From positions 1-59,551 of IMG/VR virus record IMGVR_UViG_3300025789_000004: DNA of 59,551 bases. The stretch is one strand, 5' to 3'. This document shows positions 48,546 through 59,065 of the stretch, piece by piece. This stretch comes from a virus. Its lineage: Duplodnaviria; Caudoviricetes. The position numbers were made by a program, and so were the translations under genes. Under the pieces are notes generated by a model that had not been told where the DNA came from, searched no databases, and saw only the letters and a list, made by a program, of their open reading frames with translations. Numbering within the stretch: the first letter of the stretch is position 1; each line of letters starts with the position of its first letter.

Positions 48546-48989
48546 TTACTCCTTGGCGTACAGCATTGCCTCGGCACCACGGCGGCGCTCAAGGCCAGAC
48601 GAAACCCGGCCATTCATGTGGTCCCACTTGCAGAATTCTGCCCTAGCGCCAGCATAATCGCCAGCGTTATGGCGTTTCAGCAGGGTGGATCCAGACAGGT
48701 TACCGAGGCCCACGTTGTAGGCGAAGGATACCAGAGCCGCGAACTGGTTATCCGTGCATTTGGGAGCAAGGCGTGACACGCCGTCTTCAAACCTGTGAAG
48801 ATCTGCTTCAAGGTATTCATCTGCCTGATCGTGCGTAATAACGCTATCAGGATGCACCTCGGGGCCAGTGTGGCCATAGCCAATGGTCCACGGTGCGCCG
48901 CCAGTACCCGGATCGGGATAGGCGCGCAGGCGGCATCCTTCAAATTCTTGAATCAAATCAAGGCCAGCAGTGTTGATATTTCGCGTCAT
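48546..48989 (-). CDS. Endolysin, GH24 lysozyme
   Basis: FEGCRLRAYPD..WTIGYGHT, QFAALVSFAYNVG, GLERRR. Confidence 0.95.
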   Translation of the reverse strand: MTRNINTAGLDLIQEFEGCRLRAYPDPGTGGAPWTIGYGHTGPEVHPDSVITHDQADEYLEADLHRFEDGVSRLAPKCTDNQFAALVSFAYNVGLGNLSGSTLLKRHNAGDYAGARAEFCKWDHMNGRVSSGLERRRGAEAMLYAKE

Positions 48990-49324
48990 TCGTGAGTCGC
49001 TTTGATTTCCGCCCCATGGAATCCAAGATAGTTCTTGGCAGTTACGATGCTATCGCGGGCATCGCGGATTGCCGTCCTCATCTCTGGTGGCTCACCAACC
49101 ACCTCAAGGGCAGTCAATAGTTTATCAAAAGAGTTGACCATAAGTCCACAGATTTTGTCGCAACGCTCTGTGGATTGGGCGGACGACTTGCGTTTTCCCA
49201 ACCAATTGCCGCCGATAAGGCCGGTGATAAGCGTTCCAAGGCCGGTGACAATCGAGGACTGGACTTGCGGGTCAAGGTTCATGGTAGGCTCCGGCTCAGG
49301 AGAAGTAGGCGGTGACGTTAGCAC
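48986..49324 (-). CDS. Single-TM protein upstream of endolysin (holin/antiholin candidate)
   Basis: Hydrophobic IVTGLGTLITGLIGG followed by KRK. Confidence 0.5.
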   Translation of the reverse strand: MLTSPPTSPEPEPTMNLDPQVQSSIVTGLGTLITGLIGGNWLGKRKSSAQSTERCDKICGLMVNSFDKLLTALEVVGEPPEMRTAIRDARDSIVTAKNYLGFHGAEIKATHE

Positions 49325-49694
49325 CTACTGTGGGGAAAGGGTTGGTAGGAGCATTCCACGTCCATGACGTAGTGCCGCCTGAGGCAAGAAACGAAGCAGA
49401 TGAGGAGGTGAAGACCTGACCGCCTACGGACAAACTGGTGAATGCAGATTGAGACTGGGTACCGTTTACGATAAAGTACAGTACCGTGCTGCCGGACCTG
49501 TCGTTGTAGTTCCAGTACAGGTCAAATATCTGCGAGTTAGTAAACGAGAAAGTGGTGGGGGTTATAGATCCGTACGTCGAGTAGAAGCCGTTAATGTAGC
49601 TTGTACTGGCATACGTGTATTGCCCCACGTTTACCACGTAGGCCGTGTTTCCGGTCTTGCCTCCGCCAAAAAGGGACAGCAGGATCCCAGACAT
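49296..49694 (-). CDS. Tail-tip/receptor-binding accessory protein
   Basis: MSGILLSL start coupled to the fibre stop; aromatic beta-rich; WTW..NPF. Confidence 0.5.
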   Translation of the reverse strand: MSGILLSLFGGGKTGNTAYVVNVGQYTYASTSYINGFYSTYGSITPTTFSFTNSQIFDLYWNYNDRSGSTVLYFIVNGTQSQSAFTSLSVGGQVFTSSSASFLASGGTTSWTWNAPTNPFPTVGANVTAYFS

Positions 49695-51061
49695 TAGCTT
49701 GCGCCCTGACCGCTGACGTAGAAGGCATTGCTTCCAGTGCAAAGCACTACGGCCTGCCCATATGCAGAGACGGTGCGCAGGCTGATAAGGGTCTGGCTTC
49801 CGGTTCCTGCGCTAGTAGCTGTGATTGCAGTCCCACCCTGAGTTGCCGAAACTGTAACGGTGGTGTTCGATGTGTTGGACACCACGAAGTACGTGGTGTT
49901 CGTGCTGAATCCGGTGGGTAGGGTGCCGGTGGTCGAGAATTGGACAGGGGTCCCGACAGGGGGGAGATTCGATCCGGTGATGTTTGCCGAACCGTTGGTA
50001 AAGCCAGCAGCCAAGTTTTGTGCCGCCGCAGAAGTGCTTGCCGCAAGCTGCAGGGTGGTGGATGCGCCGGGTATCAAGTACAAGGGCGACGACCCGCTAT
50101 TGACCACAAGGAAGCAGTCTCCAACAGCGAATTTCGATCCGGTGATGGTGATGTTGCTGGCTGTATATACGTGCTCGCCATCAGTGGCACTGCTAACCGA
50201 CGTACTAGTCGTCTGGGGGACATTCAGATAGCCAACAGGAGTTGAAGTGGTCCCGGCGACGTAGCTGGCGTATTGGGCGGTGCCGTACAAGGTACCGCTG
50301 AACGTGGGCGAGGTAAGCGTGATGAACACGCCCGTGGCCGAAGCGCCTGTGATTGCCGTTGCGCCGTTGGTGACATTGATGTTGTAGGTGCCAGCGCCGC
50401 CGGTGCCTGTGCCGAAACTCACAACCGTAACGGGCGAGATCGTGAGTCCGCTAATCACGGTGCCGACAGTAATTGTGCCAGTGACCGACCCTGCAGTCAG
50501 AACTGACGAGTTAGCCGGAACCGATGCGGTGAAGCTGGAAGTAGTAGTGGTGTAAGTCAGAAAGGATGATGCGCCCAGACCGCCGCCATTGTTGAACTGA
50601 ACCTGCGTGTTCGAACCTGCAGCACTGACCGAGGTGACGTTGGTGCCGTCGCAAATGATCGGAACCGTGCTGCCCGCTGGGATATTGGCCGTAGTACCGC
50701 CACCTGCTGACGAGAACGTAAGCGTTCCACCGCCGGTTGCCGAGTTAGTAACATACCAAGTACCCCCAACCCCAGTGGGGAATTGGTAGTTCACCGTGGT
50801 GCTGGACGATGTGAACGCGCCAGCGACTTGGATGATCGGGTTAACGTACGTCCCAATTGAGGTCAGGTTCCCGCTTGCATCATACACCGGAGCAGTAAGT
50901 GCAACGACGCCAGACTGGCTGGTGACGCTCAGGCTGGTGTGGCCGCCCAAAGCTGCGTCAATGACGTTCCAGTCCGCATTGACTGGAGCCGCCCATGCAC
51001 CGTTCAAATCACCACTTGCGGGCGCTTGGAGTCGTTTGTTTGTGGTGTATGAGGTAGTCAT
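49694..51061 (-). CDS. Second tail fibre/spike
   Basis: N-terminal SYTTNKRL..W..PVNADW anchor, GSNTQVQFNNGG, GTGGAGTY, VGYLNVPQ. Confidence 0.75.
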   Translation of the reverse strand: MTTSYTTNKRLQAPASGDLNGAWAAPVNADWNVIDAALGGHTSLSVTSQSGVVALTAPVYDASGNLTSIGTYVNPIIQVAGAFTSSSTTVNYQFPTGVGGTWYVTNSATGGGTLTFSSAGGGTTANIPAGSTVPIICDGTNVTSVSAAGSNTQVQFNNGGGLGASSFLTYTTTTSSFTASVPANSSVLTAGSVTGTITVGTVISGLTISPVTVVSFGTGTGGAGTYNINVTNGATAITGASATGVFITLTSPTFSGTLYGTAQYASYVAGTTSTPVGYLNVPQTTSTSVSSATDGEHVYTASNITITGSKFAVGDCFLVVNSGSSPLYLIPGASTTLQLAASTSAAAQNLAAGFTNGSANITGSNLPPVGTPVQFSTTGTLPTGFSTNTTYFVVSNTSNTTVTVSATQGGTAITATSAGTGSQTLISLRTVSAYGQAVVLCTGSNAFYVSGQGAS

Positions 51062-51070
51062 GGCAATTCC

Positions 51071-54000
51071 TTAAATGGCCTTCTGGGCGACATCAAGCGC
51101 ACGTACTATAGCGGAATCATCACGATTGAGTAGTGGTTCCGTTACTTTGTTGGACTGAATTTTTGCAGACTTTGCCTTGCGCATAAGCGACTGCACCAGA
51201 GGCTCAATATCCCGCACGCTGACAGACCCGCCCGACTTGTAGCCTACTCGGCCACCGGCGAATCTCTCAATAGGCACCCCTTCATCATTTGGATTGGGCT
51301 GTTCATTTGGATCAATCGGGTGGCCCTCATCGTTCGCGGAAGGAACGGGCAGAGGATCTTCCTCTTTGGGGTTTTTGTATTGCGGAGAAGTCATTGCTGA
51401 CAGCCCAGCGATTCCCGCAGATTGACCAATCCCAAAATTGGGCCTTTGGGGAGTCGTGTCCATTTTCATAAGAGTCTCAGCTGTAACTGGATTTGTCATA
51501 GCGCCTTCGAGATTTGAAAGCGCATGGTCGCCAATGGATCGACCTGAAGAATCGCGCAAAAAGCGATCTTTCAGACTATCTGCAGCTGTGCGAAACGCTC
51601 CTGAATTTTTATTGACCAGACTCGCTTCCACAAGGGGCCTCATAGATCCAGAAGATCCCAAAAGGCTGGCCTCCACAGGGATCATTGCTGTTGATGCGAC
51701 CCTCTGCCCCAAATCAATGGCTCTATTTGCGCCCTTCCCAAATTGGTTTGAGAATTGAGTTCCAACATCTCCAGATGTAATCGCGCTAAGGTCAGGAGAA
51801 TTTAGCCCACCCTCCCCAGTTGGACTAGACATAAGTTTGGAGTTATTGTGCAATTGGTCCAAATACTCCAGATGTTCCGGATTTACGTACGGAATCATTT
51901 CATTTTTGTAGTTGTCAAAAAAAGTGTTCAGAGCATCAGGACCCGCTTTGTAAGATGCCGCAAAGCGGTTCTGTAGATCCTCAAGATTTGCTTCATGAGC
52001 GTTGGTCTGGCGTGCGGTAGCCATATCGTCATGAGACTGGGCTTTAGCAGCATTCACATTTGATTGACCTTGAGCATCAGCGCTAGCAATGCCTTCTTCG
52101 CCTTGTTTCGCGGCACTTCTGATGTTCGCAAGGCGCTCCTGCACAGCGGGAACTTGCGATACCACATCATGGGTTTTGCGGTTTTGCAGAACAAACTTAT
52201 CGACATCCGCAGTGCTTACATTGGGAGTTGCGCCGTTGTTTGTAAGTTCCCCAGCGTAGTGATCAGCAAGAGCGCTATCTATCACGCCATTATCTACGTG
52301 GGGACTCGCCCGCATCTGACCAAGGGTCTGCAGGCCAGATTGACCATTGATCAATTTGGGTATGGTTGTTTCTGGGTCGATCTTGGGGGTTCCGGTCGAG
52401 GTTCTTTTTGTTATGTCAGAGAGCGGACCCTCTCCAAAGATCTCGCGGTGCGCCCTAGTAGCGTCCATGGCCGTATTCCAAAGGTTTTCATTACCTTCGG
52501 TAAGGCCATTGAAGTTTTCGGGATTCGATAGGTGACCCTCCAAGAGTTTGGCCATATCGCTTCTCACGCGCCAGCCATTGTAATCGCCTCTGTCAAAAGC
52601 TTCACTGGCTGCCTGCGTAATATCGCTCCTCAATGCCTGCCAAGAGGTTACAGGCATCATTCTCCCGCCATATTGCATTCTGTATTTTTTAAGCATTTTG
52701 GAGACATCGCCAAGGCTCTCCGCCGCAGGTATATCCCCAGACGCGCGAAGGTCATTAATATAGCCCTCGGCATCTGATATGACTCTAGGTCCGTTAAGGC
52801 TTGCTCCGCTCTCCGCAAGATCGCCCCATGCGGCACTTTCTCGATTGCGCAAGCCTTGCTCAACATTAGTCAGATGCTCATGCACCCGCCTAGAGGCATC
52901 AGAAACCATGCCCGGCTTGGCCCCCGTCGCGTCCTCCATTGCCGAATTCTTACCGGACTCAGCCTGTTCGATGGCATCAGCGTGATCTGCCTTAGCCTTT
53001 TCTACAGAATCGACACCCTGCTGTGCCACGGCCGCTTTTCGGGCTTCACGCTGCTCGGCAGTTTCAGCTGTACGCTGAAAGACAGCAGGAACATGAGCAT
53101 CCCTGCCGGTCCCCATTGGGCCAGCATCTGGGCCATTCTCCTGAGCAGGTGCCCCACTATTCTGTCGCGTCGTATTCCGCTGATCCGGTATGCTGCGAGA
53201 ATTTGTTGCTTTTCTTACCGCGTTTTCAACGTCTTGAGCATCGCTCGTTCCAACAATTTGACCAAATGTTGGATTGAAATCTGGGTGAAGCGTAGGCCCA
53301 ACATTTTCATTGTAGTTATGCAATTCTTCAAGGGCGGAGTTTGGATCGACCAAGGTTTGTTGCAAAATGCGACCGGCGGTCCTCTTCCCCTCATTAGGGA
53401 TGGATGCACGGATAGTGGGTCGGTTAATGGCATACCCTGTTCCCACAGCGCCCGCCATATTTCCGGTAATATCCGCCAAGTCCATAAGGGTTTCTTTTAC
53501 AGGACCCTCTCCGGGGACAAGCTGGTTGACGCCCTCCCGCCCAATTGATCCAAAAAGACCGCCTGCGCCCTGCATCAACGCACGAGTTGCGAAAGTTGAT
53601 TCACCAGCTGGGAATACGGCCCCCGCCAAGGCGCTAGCAGTTCCAGCCGCTACGCGCCCATAGCTAGTCTGAGGCTGGTAGAAGGTATAGTCTTTGTTAT
53701 CATTGTTAACGGCTCTAGCCACGGGCGTGACAACATGCCTCTCCAATGCCTGAGTAATTTGGCTTGAAGTTGGCGCGCTTACCGGAGAGGTCATTGCAGC
53801 TATATAAGGATGGCTCTGCTTGAATTTTTTCTGCAGAGCTTGCCATTTTTGATCTGTCTCTTGTTCTTTCTTAGTCACGGCTTGGCCTGATTGCTGCCAG
53901 CTTTCCGGAGTACCCCGCGCTTGATTGTAGAGGTACCGAACCCCAGTGTTGTACTGGTGCAGGCCACCACGCACGAGCGAAGTTACTCCTGCATCAATAT

Positions 54001-54211
54001 CTCCGGGGAGGCCCACAGTTGAGCGAACCAACGCCCCCGGCACTGCGCCGAGTGCCGCCATAGTAGCGTCATACCACGAGCTTGTGGGGGCAGGCTTGGG
54101 ATTGCTTTGCGCCCTACGCTCACTAGGGAGGACATATGGCCTAGAGGCACCATTCGTTTTTGAAGTGGTCTTCGCCCTATCGCTAGGCAAAACGTAGTCA
54201 TTTTTTGCCAT
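51071..54211 (-). CDS. Large internal virion (ejection) protein
   Basis: 1046 aa helical, next to the other giant gene; C-terminal FAGG/YKSGG motifs. Confidence 0.6.
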   Translation of the reverse strand: MAKNDYVLPSDRAKTTSKTNGASRPYVLPSERRAQSNPKPAPTSSWYDATMAALGAVPGALVRSTVGLPGDIDAGVTSLVRGGLHQYNTGVRYLYNQARGTPESWQQSGQAVTKKEQETDQKWQALQKKFKQSHPYIAAMTSPVSAPTSSQITQALERHVVTPVARAVNNDNKDYTFYQPQTSYGRVAAGTASALAGAVFPAGESTFATRALMQGAGGLFGSIGREGVNQLVPGEGPVKETLMDLADITGNMAGAVGTGYAINRPTIRASIPNEGKRTAGRILQQTLVDPNSALEELHNYNENVGPTLHPDFNPTFGQIVGTSDAQDVENAVRKATNSRSIPDQRNTTRQNSGAPAQENGPDAGPMGTGRDAHVPAVFQRTAETAEQREARKAAVAQQGVDSVEKAKADHADAIEQAESGKNSAMEDATGAKPGMVSDASRRVHEHLTNVEQGLRNRESAAWGDLAESGASLNGPRVISDAEGYINDLRASGDIPAAESLGDVSKMLKKYRMQYGGRMMPVTSWQALRSDITQAASEAFDRGDYNGWRVRSDMAKLLEGHLSNPENFNGLTEGNENLWNTAMDATRAHREIFGEGPLSDITKRTSTGTPKIDPETTIPKLINGQSGLQTLGQMRASPHVDNGVIDSALADHYAGELTNNGATPNVSTADVDKFVLQNRKTHDVVSQVPAVQERLANIRSAAKQGEEGIASADAQGQSNVNAAKAQSHDDMATARQTNAHEANLEDLQNRFAASYKAGPDALNTFFDNYKNEMIPYVNPEHLEYLDQLHNNSKLMSSPTGEGGLNSPDLSAITSGDVGTQFSNQFGKGANRAIDLGQRVASTAMIPVEASLLGSSGSMRPLVEASLVNKNSGAFRTAADSLKDRFLRDSSGRSIGDHALSNLEGAMTNPVTAETLMKMDTTPQRPNFGIGQSAGIAGLSAMTSPQYKNPKEEDPLPVPSANDEGHPIDPNEQPNPNDEGVPIERFAGGRVGYKSGGSVSVRDIEPLVQSLMRKAKSAKIQSNKVTEPLLNRDDSAIVRALDVAQKAI

Positions 54212-54213
54212 GA

Positions 54214-57200
54214 TTACTTCCCAGTCAATGTGCGAATGAAGCCGTTACCGTAAATGGCATCATACTTTCGTCTAGCTGCTTCTACCGCCTTGGGGTTAGA
54301 AATGTGAGCAAAAAGATCCCTTGCATCTTCGTCACCGCCAGCGACAGCAGATCCCATCAGCTTTATAGCGGCTTGGAACCTAGCCTGCTTAAGATAGGCA
54401 TCTGCAGGATTTTTTCTATTAAAAGCATCCGTTACCCCATCCAGCGTATGGATTGGGTTATGAAGCGCATAGTTACTGGAGAATTCACTGTAGTGCTGAT
54501 TACGCATGGCCTCTTGCTTCAACGCCTCTGCAATCAATACCCCTGCCACAGGACTGTTTTCAAAGCCGGGTGTGGCAGTTGTCATTGACTTAAGGATAGA
54601 ACTACCAAAGCGACCGCTAAGGTGCTCTGCCAATTCAGCAGCCGTAGTGGTGTTTAGTTTGCCAAGTTCCTCTCCCGGCGCTGTATTAAATAAGGCGGGA
54701 AAACCAAAGGACTGAAGGGCGGCATTCACCCTTTTTCCAATCTCAAGACGACCCTGACCGCCTGCGCCCGGAGTCAAAAACCCTTTATTAGCAGGAGAAA
54801 GAATGTCGGCTGTCATTCTGTCAAGCTTAGGAATGACTGCTGCAGCGCCCGTTGCAGAGGCGCGATTGGCCTCCAACTCTTTTGGAACGGTTGACTGTCT
54901 ATCCAGAATTGCTTGCTTATCAATTGGGGAAAGCGCCCACTTGTTCACATGAAAAGAAGGGTCGGTAAAGAGTTCATCTCCAGCGCTTGTGTCTGGCTTC
55001 CAACGCCCTTGAGTGACCGGCTGCCCTGCCTGTCCAGTTTGAGGAACTTGACGAGCAGTTTTTCCAGCCGGAGTGGGTTGAGGGCCACCCTTAGTTTGCG
55101 CCCCTACAGTATTCGGGCTTGGAGAATAGGCAGGAACAGGCTTTTGATTGGTGGGAAGCGTACTTACGCCAACAGGAGTGGGTGATCCCTCGGTGCCAGC
55201 GGGCTGCGGGCCAAGAGCAATAACCTTTCCAGTAGCAGGGTGGATTGCATAATAACCGCCATTTGGATTATTGTAAGTAAGATACCCTTTAGCAACTTCG
55301 GCATTATATTCAGCAGGCAAGAGATATTGAACTCTTTTTGCTGCTACGTTATCAGCGAAAGCCTTATTAGCCAGACCCGCAATTTCATACGGCATTTTCT
55401 GTCCAAAGTAGTTTACATTCTGTTGTTCTGCCAATGCCTTTGCTTGGTTGGCAAGAGATTCACGCTGGGCAACATCAGACTCAACGGCGAAGTTGCGCTG
55501 ATTCTGATATGCTGCAGCGCCTTGCCCCAGACCGGCCAGCAATGCCGTACCAAAATTGCGCGTACGAGCCGTAGCAGCGCCAGCCAGACCCGTCAGAATA
55601 GGCAGAATGGCATTTGCACTTCCGTGCTTTACGCCCTGCACTAGACTACCCAAGTTTGAAGCGTCGGTAGTGCCATAAACTTGTTCGTAAGCCTGCTTGG
55701 GGCTAACATTGTTCTGCAGAAGATCTTGAAAACGCTCCGCTGGAGCGCGCTTTGCATTGCCCCGAGCGGCGTTTACAAAGTCAGTCGCAGAACTAATTGC
55801 GGCTTTGTTCAGTTCATCAGTATCGGCCCCATTATCCGCATTACTTGTTGGTTTGTCCGCTGGCGTCCCTGACGCCAATCCGGCAGGCATAGGCACAGCC
55901 GAAGCAGCGCCTTGAGCGGCACCGGCGGCTGCGTTCTGGGCACTGTCGTCTGCCGGAGGGGGAGTTGCGGCATTCAAGCCGACCTTTGGAGCCGATGCCT
56001 TATTGGTCAGATCGCTACTGTCAATTGCCGACAGAGCATCTGCCAGAGTGCGCTTACCCGGACCTTGTTCGATCTTGCTCTCAGGGACCAGATCTGCATC
56101 GGTTGGTGCGAGGCCAGTGGCGTCACCAGTGCCATCGTCAGACCCATCGTCCACAGTTCTACCAAGGGCATATCCCTTACGGCCAACCAGCCCGCCTGCG
56201 GCAAACTTGTTCTCGAACTGCGCCATACGGGCACGAGTGCCACGGATAGCATCACCAGTGGTATACTCGTTTACATCGCGGCCTTTGGTACCGCCGAAGA
56301 TCCGCCAGTTCTGGGAGATTTCGTCCGGCTTCAGGTACTTGCGCAGCGGCGTATTGGGGTCAGCAGTCAGAATGCTCGGTGCCACAGCCGGTACAGCATG
56401 AGCAAGATACATGCTGCCAGCATCAGGAGTGATGCCAGCCTTGGTCAGGCGATCGTAGTTTTCCTTAGTGTACGTATCGTACATCTTGCTCTGGGCATCA
56501 GTCAATTCAGCAGCATGCTGCTGGCGATAAGCAGTCAATTCGCTATTGCTCATCCCGGCAATCTTTTGCGCCAGTGCAGGATCGACCTTGGCGGCATAGC
56601 TACGGAACGTCTTGTTGACAAACTGCCCCTTGCCCATTGCGGAAGATCCGGGGATTGGATTCTTGCCAGTCCCTTCAGATGCCGCAATCATGCTGGCAAT
56701 TTTGCTGATGTTCGCAGGTGCCTTGGCTTCGGCAGCCTTGGCGGGAACAAGTCCGGTGGGAGCGGGCGCAGAATTGGCGGGAGTGGGGGCCGCAGCAAGG
56801 CCCACATCTTCGCTCTTGGGCGCTTCTTGCTCATTCCCAATATCGCTTGCGGGATCTTTGAGCAAGTCGGCATCATCGTCAGAAGCGGGCTTTTGTTTCA
56901 TAGCGTTCAGCATGATCTGACGCAGAGCCGGATCGCTGAACAAACTGCTGATCATGCCCAATTCGCCATATCCGGGCGTACCACCATCAGCATAGCCCTT
57001 AATAGCGCCGCCACGTTTGGCACCCGACATTGCGTACTGAATGCCGATCTTGGCGACGTCGCCCATAATGCTGTCTAGTATCCCGCCACTTGGCTTAGGT
57101 GCAGCAGCCAACGTAGGCAGGCTTGCGTTACTGGCACCAGCCGTGTCGAGGGACTCAAGGGCGTCATTGCCGCCACCGCCATAAGGCATTGCAGCATTGA

Positions 57201-58617
57201 CCTCAGCGCCAGTTACGCCACCTCCAGCAAGGCCAATACGGCCACCGCGTTTTTCGCCCATGTCTGAAAAGTCTGGCGCATTGCTGTCATCAGCCACGCT
57301 AGAGACATCATGACTTGCATCTGCTGGAGGTGCTTCAGCGCCTTGCGCAGGAGCAACCTGCGTGTCAGAATTGCTGCCAGCGTCAGGGGCGTGCTCCCCT
57401 TCATGGCTCATTGCTGAAACGTCAGGATTTACGCCAGTTGGGGCATTCGGCTTGACCCCGGTATCTGCAGGCGGCTTCGGCTTTTCAAGCATGCTTTTCA
57501 GCTTGCTATCGACTGCAGATGAGACGCCGCTCTCAAGGCCCTTCGTCAGTGCGCCGGGTTCTTGAGCCTTAGGTGCAGCAATGCTGGGGAGCGTATAGTG
57601 CTGTCCGCCGCCCGCAGTGGCCTGCGCCATCAGTCCGGTTCCGCCAATTCCGCCAACCGGAGCGCCGGGATGCTGGCCAGAAAGGATCGAGGCCCATGCG
57701 GAGGGATCGTATCCAGCCAGCCCGCCAACAGCAAAGCCTTCTCCGGCATGCTGAGGCAGAACATTGCCGCCTTCAGACAGGCCACCCCCATAAGCCTTAC
57801 CTGCACGGCCACCACGGGCAAGCATCGCACCCGGCTGATTCGTGGTCTGCGTCTGGCCAGACAGAGCGCCCGTACCCTCAGCAATGTTGGCAGCAAACTG
57901 CACCTGCTGGAACGGATAAGCCTGATGCTGCAAGAACTGATTATACAAGGCAGTATCTTGCGCCTGCTGAGTCTGCTGCTGAACCTGACCCGCTGCAATC
58001 TGCGCTTGTCCGCCCTGCAATGCCGCAGACTGTGCGCCAGCGCCCAATGCCGCCAACTGATTAGCGCCGGTCTGGTATGCGCCAACTTGCTGGGCTTGCT
58101 GCTGCTGAGCGGTCTGGAGGGCAGTGTTATATCCGGTGTTCAGCAGATTGCTGTAGATGTTAGCATTGGCAATCTGCTGCTGCTGGTTCAGGTTCGCAGC
58201 CGCAATACCAGCGCGGTCGCCACCAAAGGCCCCACTGCTAATGGCATTGCCCAATTGCCCAGCCATTGCCTGCTGGTTGTTCTGGTTGAGCAGGGCGGAC
58301 TCTGATCCCACCACATCGCCCAAATACGGACTCATATACTGATTGATCTGCTGGCCGGTAATCGGGCTTGCAGCACCAAGTGCCGCTCCAGCAACGCCAG
58401 TGGCAGCGCCATAATAGGGCTGTGCAGCATTGGCATTCTGAGAAATCTGATTGATGCCGCCCTGCTGGGTGGCGTTCACAGGAGAGACAAATTCACCGCC
58501 GTACGTCTGAAACGGCGTGCTCATCAACCCCTGTGCTTCATTATTGACGGCGTTGTAGCGGGCCAATACCTCTGGCGGTATGGTCACAGTCTGCTGCGTC
58601 GTAGAACTTCCGCCCAA
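54214..58617 (-). CDS. Large ejection protein with lysozyme-like (transglycosylase) domain
   Basis: N-terminal Q/A-rich YMSPY..GAFGGDR region; ASEGTG..SSAMGKGQFVNKTF..YLAH; TTG start with AAGGAG RBS. Confidence 0.7.
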   Translation of the reverse strand: MGGSSTTQQTVTIPPEVLARYNAVNNEAQGLMSTPFQTYGGEFVSPVNATQQGGINQISQNANAAQPYYGAATGVAGAALGAASPITGQQINQYMSPYLGDVVGSESALLNQNNQQAMAGQLGNAISSGAFGGDRAGIAAANLNQQQQIANANIYSNLLNTGYNTALQTAQQQQAQQVGAYQTGANQLAALGAGAQSAALQGGQAQIAAGQVQQQTQQAQDTALYNQFLQHQAYPFQQVQFAANIAEGTGALSGQTQTTNQPGAMLARGGRAGKAYGGGLSEGGNVLPQHAGEGFAVGGLAGYDPSAWASILSGQHPGAPVGGIGGTGLMAQATAGGGQHYTLPSIAAPKAQEPGALTKGLESGVSSAVDSKLKSMLEKPKPPADTGVKPNAPTGVNPDVSAMSHEGEHAPDAGSNSDTQVAPAQGAEAPPADASHDVSSVADDSNAPDFSDMGEKRGGRIGLAGGGVTGAEVNAAMPYGGGGNDALESLDTAGASNASLPTLAAAPKPSGGILDSIMGDVAKIGIQYAMSGAKRGGAIKGYADGGTPGYGELGMISSLFSDPALRQIMLNAMKQKPASDDDADLLKDPASDIGNEQEAPKSEDVGLAAAPTPANSAPAPTGLVPAKAAEAKAPANISKIASMIAASEGTGKNPIPGSSAMGKGQFVNKTFRSYAAKVDPALAQKIAGMSNSELTAYRQQHAAELTDAQSKMYDTYTKENYDRLTKAGITPDAGSMYLAHAVPAVAPSILTADPNTPLRKYLKPDEISQNWRIFGGTKGRDVNEYTTGDAIRGTRARMAQFENKFAAGGLVGRKGYALGRTVDDGSDDGTGDATGLAPTDADLVPESKIEQGPGKRTLADALSAIDSSDLTNKASAPKVGLNAATPPPADDSAQNAAAGAAQGAASAVPMPAGLASGTPADKPTSNADNGADTDELNKAAISSATDFVNAARGNAKRAPAERFQDLLQNNVSPKQAYEQVYGTTDASNLGSLVQGVKHGSANAILPILTGLAGAATARTRNFGTALLAGLGQGAAAYQNQRNFAVESDVAQRESLANQAKALAEQQNVNYFGQKMPYEIAGLANKAFADNVAAKRVQYLLPAEYNAEVAKGYLTYNNPNGGYYAIHPATGKVIALGPQPAGTEGSPTPVGVSTLPTNQKPVPAYSPSPNTVGAQTKGGPQPTPAGKTARQVPQTGQAGQPVTQGRWKPDTSAGDELFTDPSFHVNKWALSPIDKQAILDRQSTVPKELEANRASATGAAAVIPKLDRMTADILSPANKGFLTPGAGGQGRLEIGKRVNAALQSFGFPALFNTAPGEELGKLNTTTAAELAEHLSGRFGSSILKSMTTATPGFENSPVAGVLIAEALKQEAMRNQHYSEFSSNYALHNPIHTLDGVTDAFNRKNPADAYLKQARFQAAIKLMGSAVAGGDEDARDLFAHISNPKAVEAARRKYDAIYGNGFIRTLTGK

Positions 58618-58618
58618 C

Positions 58619-59065
58619 TTACTTCTCCTTTACTTCAACAAAAGAAGTAATACTCTTTCTACGAGACCAATTTTCTTTGGCTTTTCTTGAAAGCAAGGCA
58701 ATAGTTTCTTCAGAGGCCACGCGGCCCTTCATGCGCTCACTATTCTGCCGCTTCCATTCTTCCGTATGCTTTCTGCCAGATGGCCCTTCTCCGCCATCGG
58801 TCAGGTTTGCCAGATCCGCGCCATCCGCGCGCCAAAAGGCAATGCGCTCACGCTCCAAGTCGAATGCTTGGCTCTCGGAAAGATCGGTCTCTACCAGACG
58901 GACTACGACGCATAGACCCGCTTTGGCCAGCTTTTGCTGAATGAACTTGTGAAAGCGATTGCGCTGACGCATGTCATTCGCCCGCTTGCTCTTACCTTTA
59001 CCTACGTAAAAGCATTCGTCCCTATCGGGCCTCCAATGCTCATACACGTAGAAAAGGTCGCCCAT
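58619..59065 (-). CDS. GIY-YIG homing endonuclease with NUMOD3-like tail
   Basis: FYVYEH..FYVGKG..R, E, LANLTDGGEG, GRKHTEE. Confidence 0.88.
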   Translation of the reverse strand: MGDLFYVYEHWRPDRDECFYVGKGKSKRANDMRQRNRFHKFIQQKLAKAGLCVVVRLVETDLSESQAFDLERERIAFWRADGADLANLTDGGEGPSGRKHTEEWKRQNSERMKGRVASEETIALLSRKAKENWSRRKSITSFVEVKEK

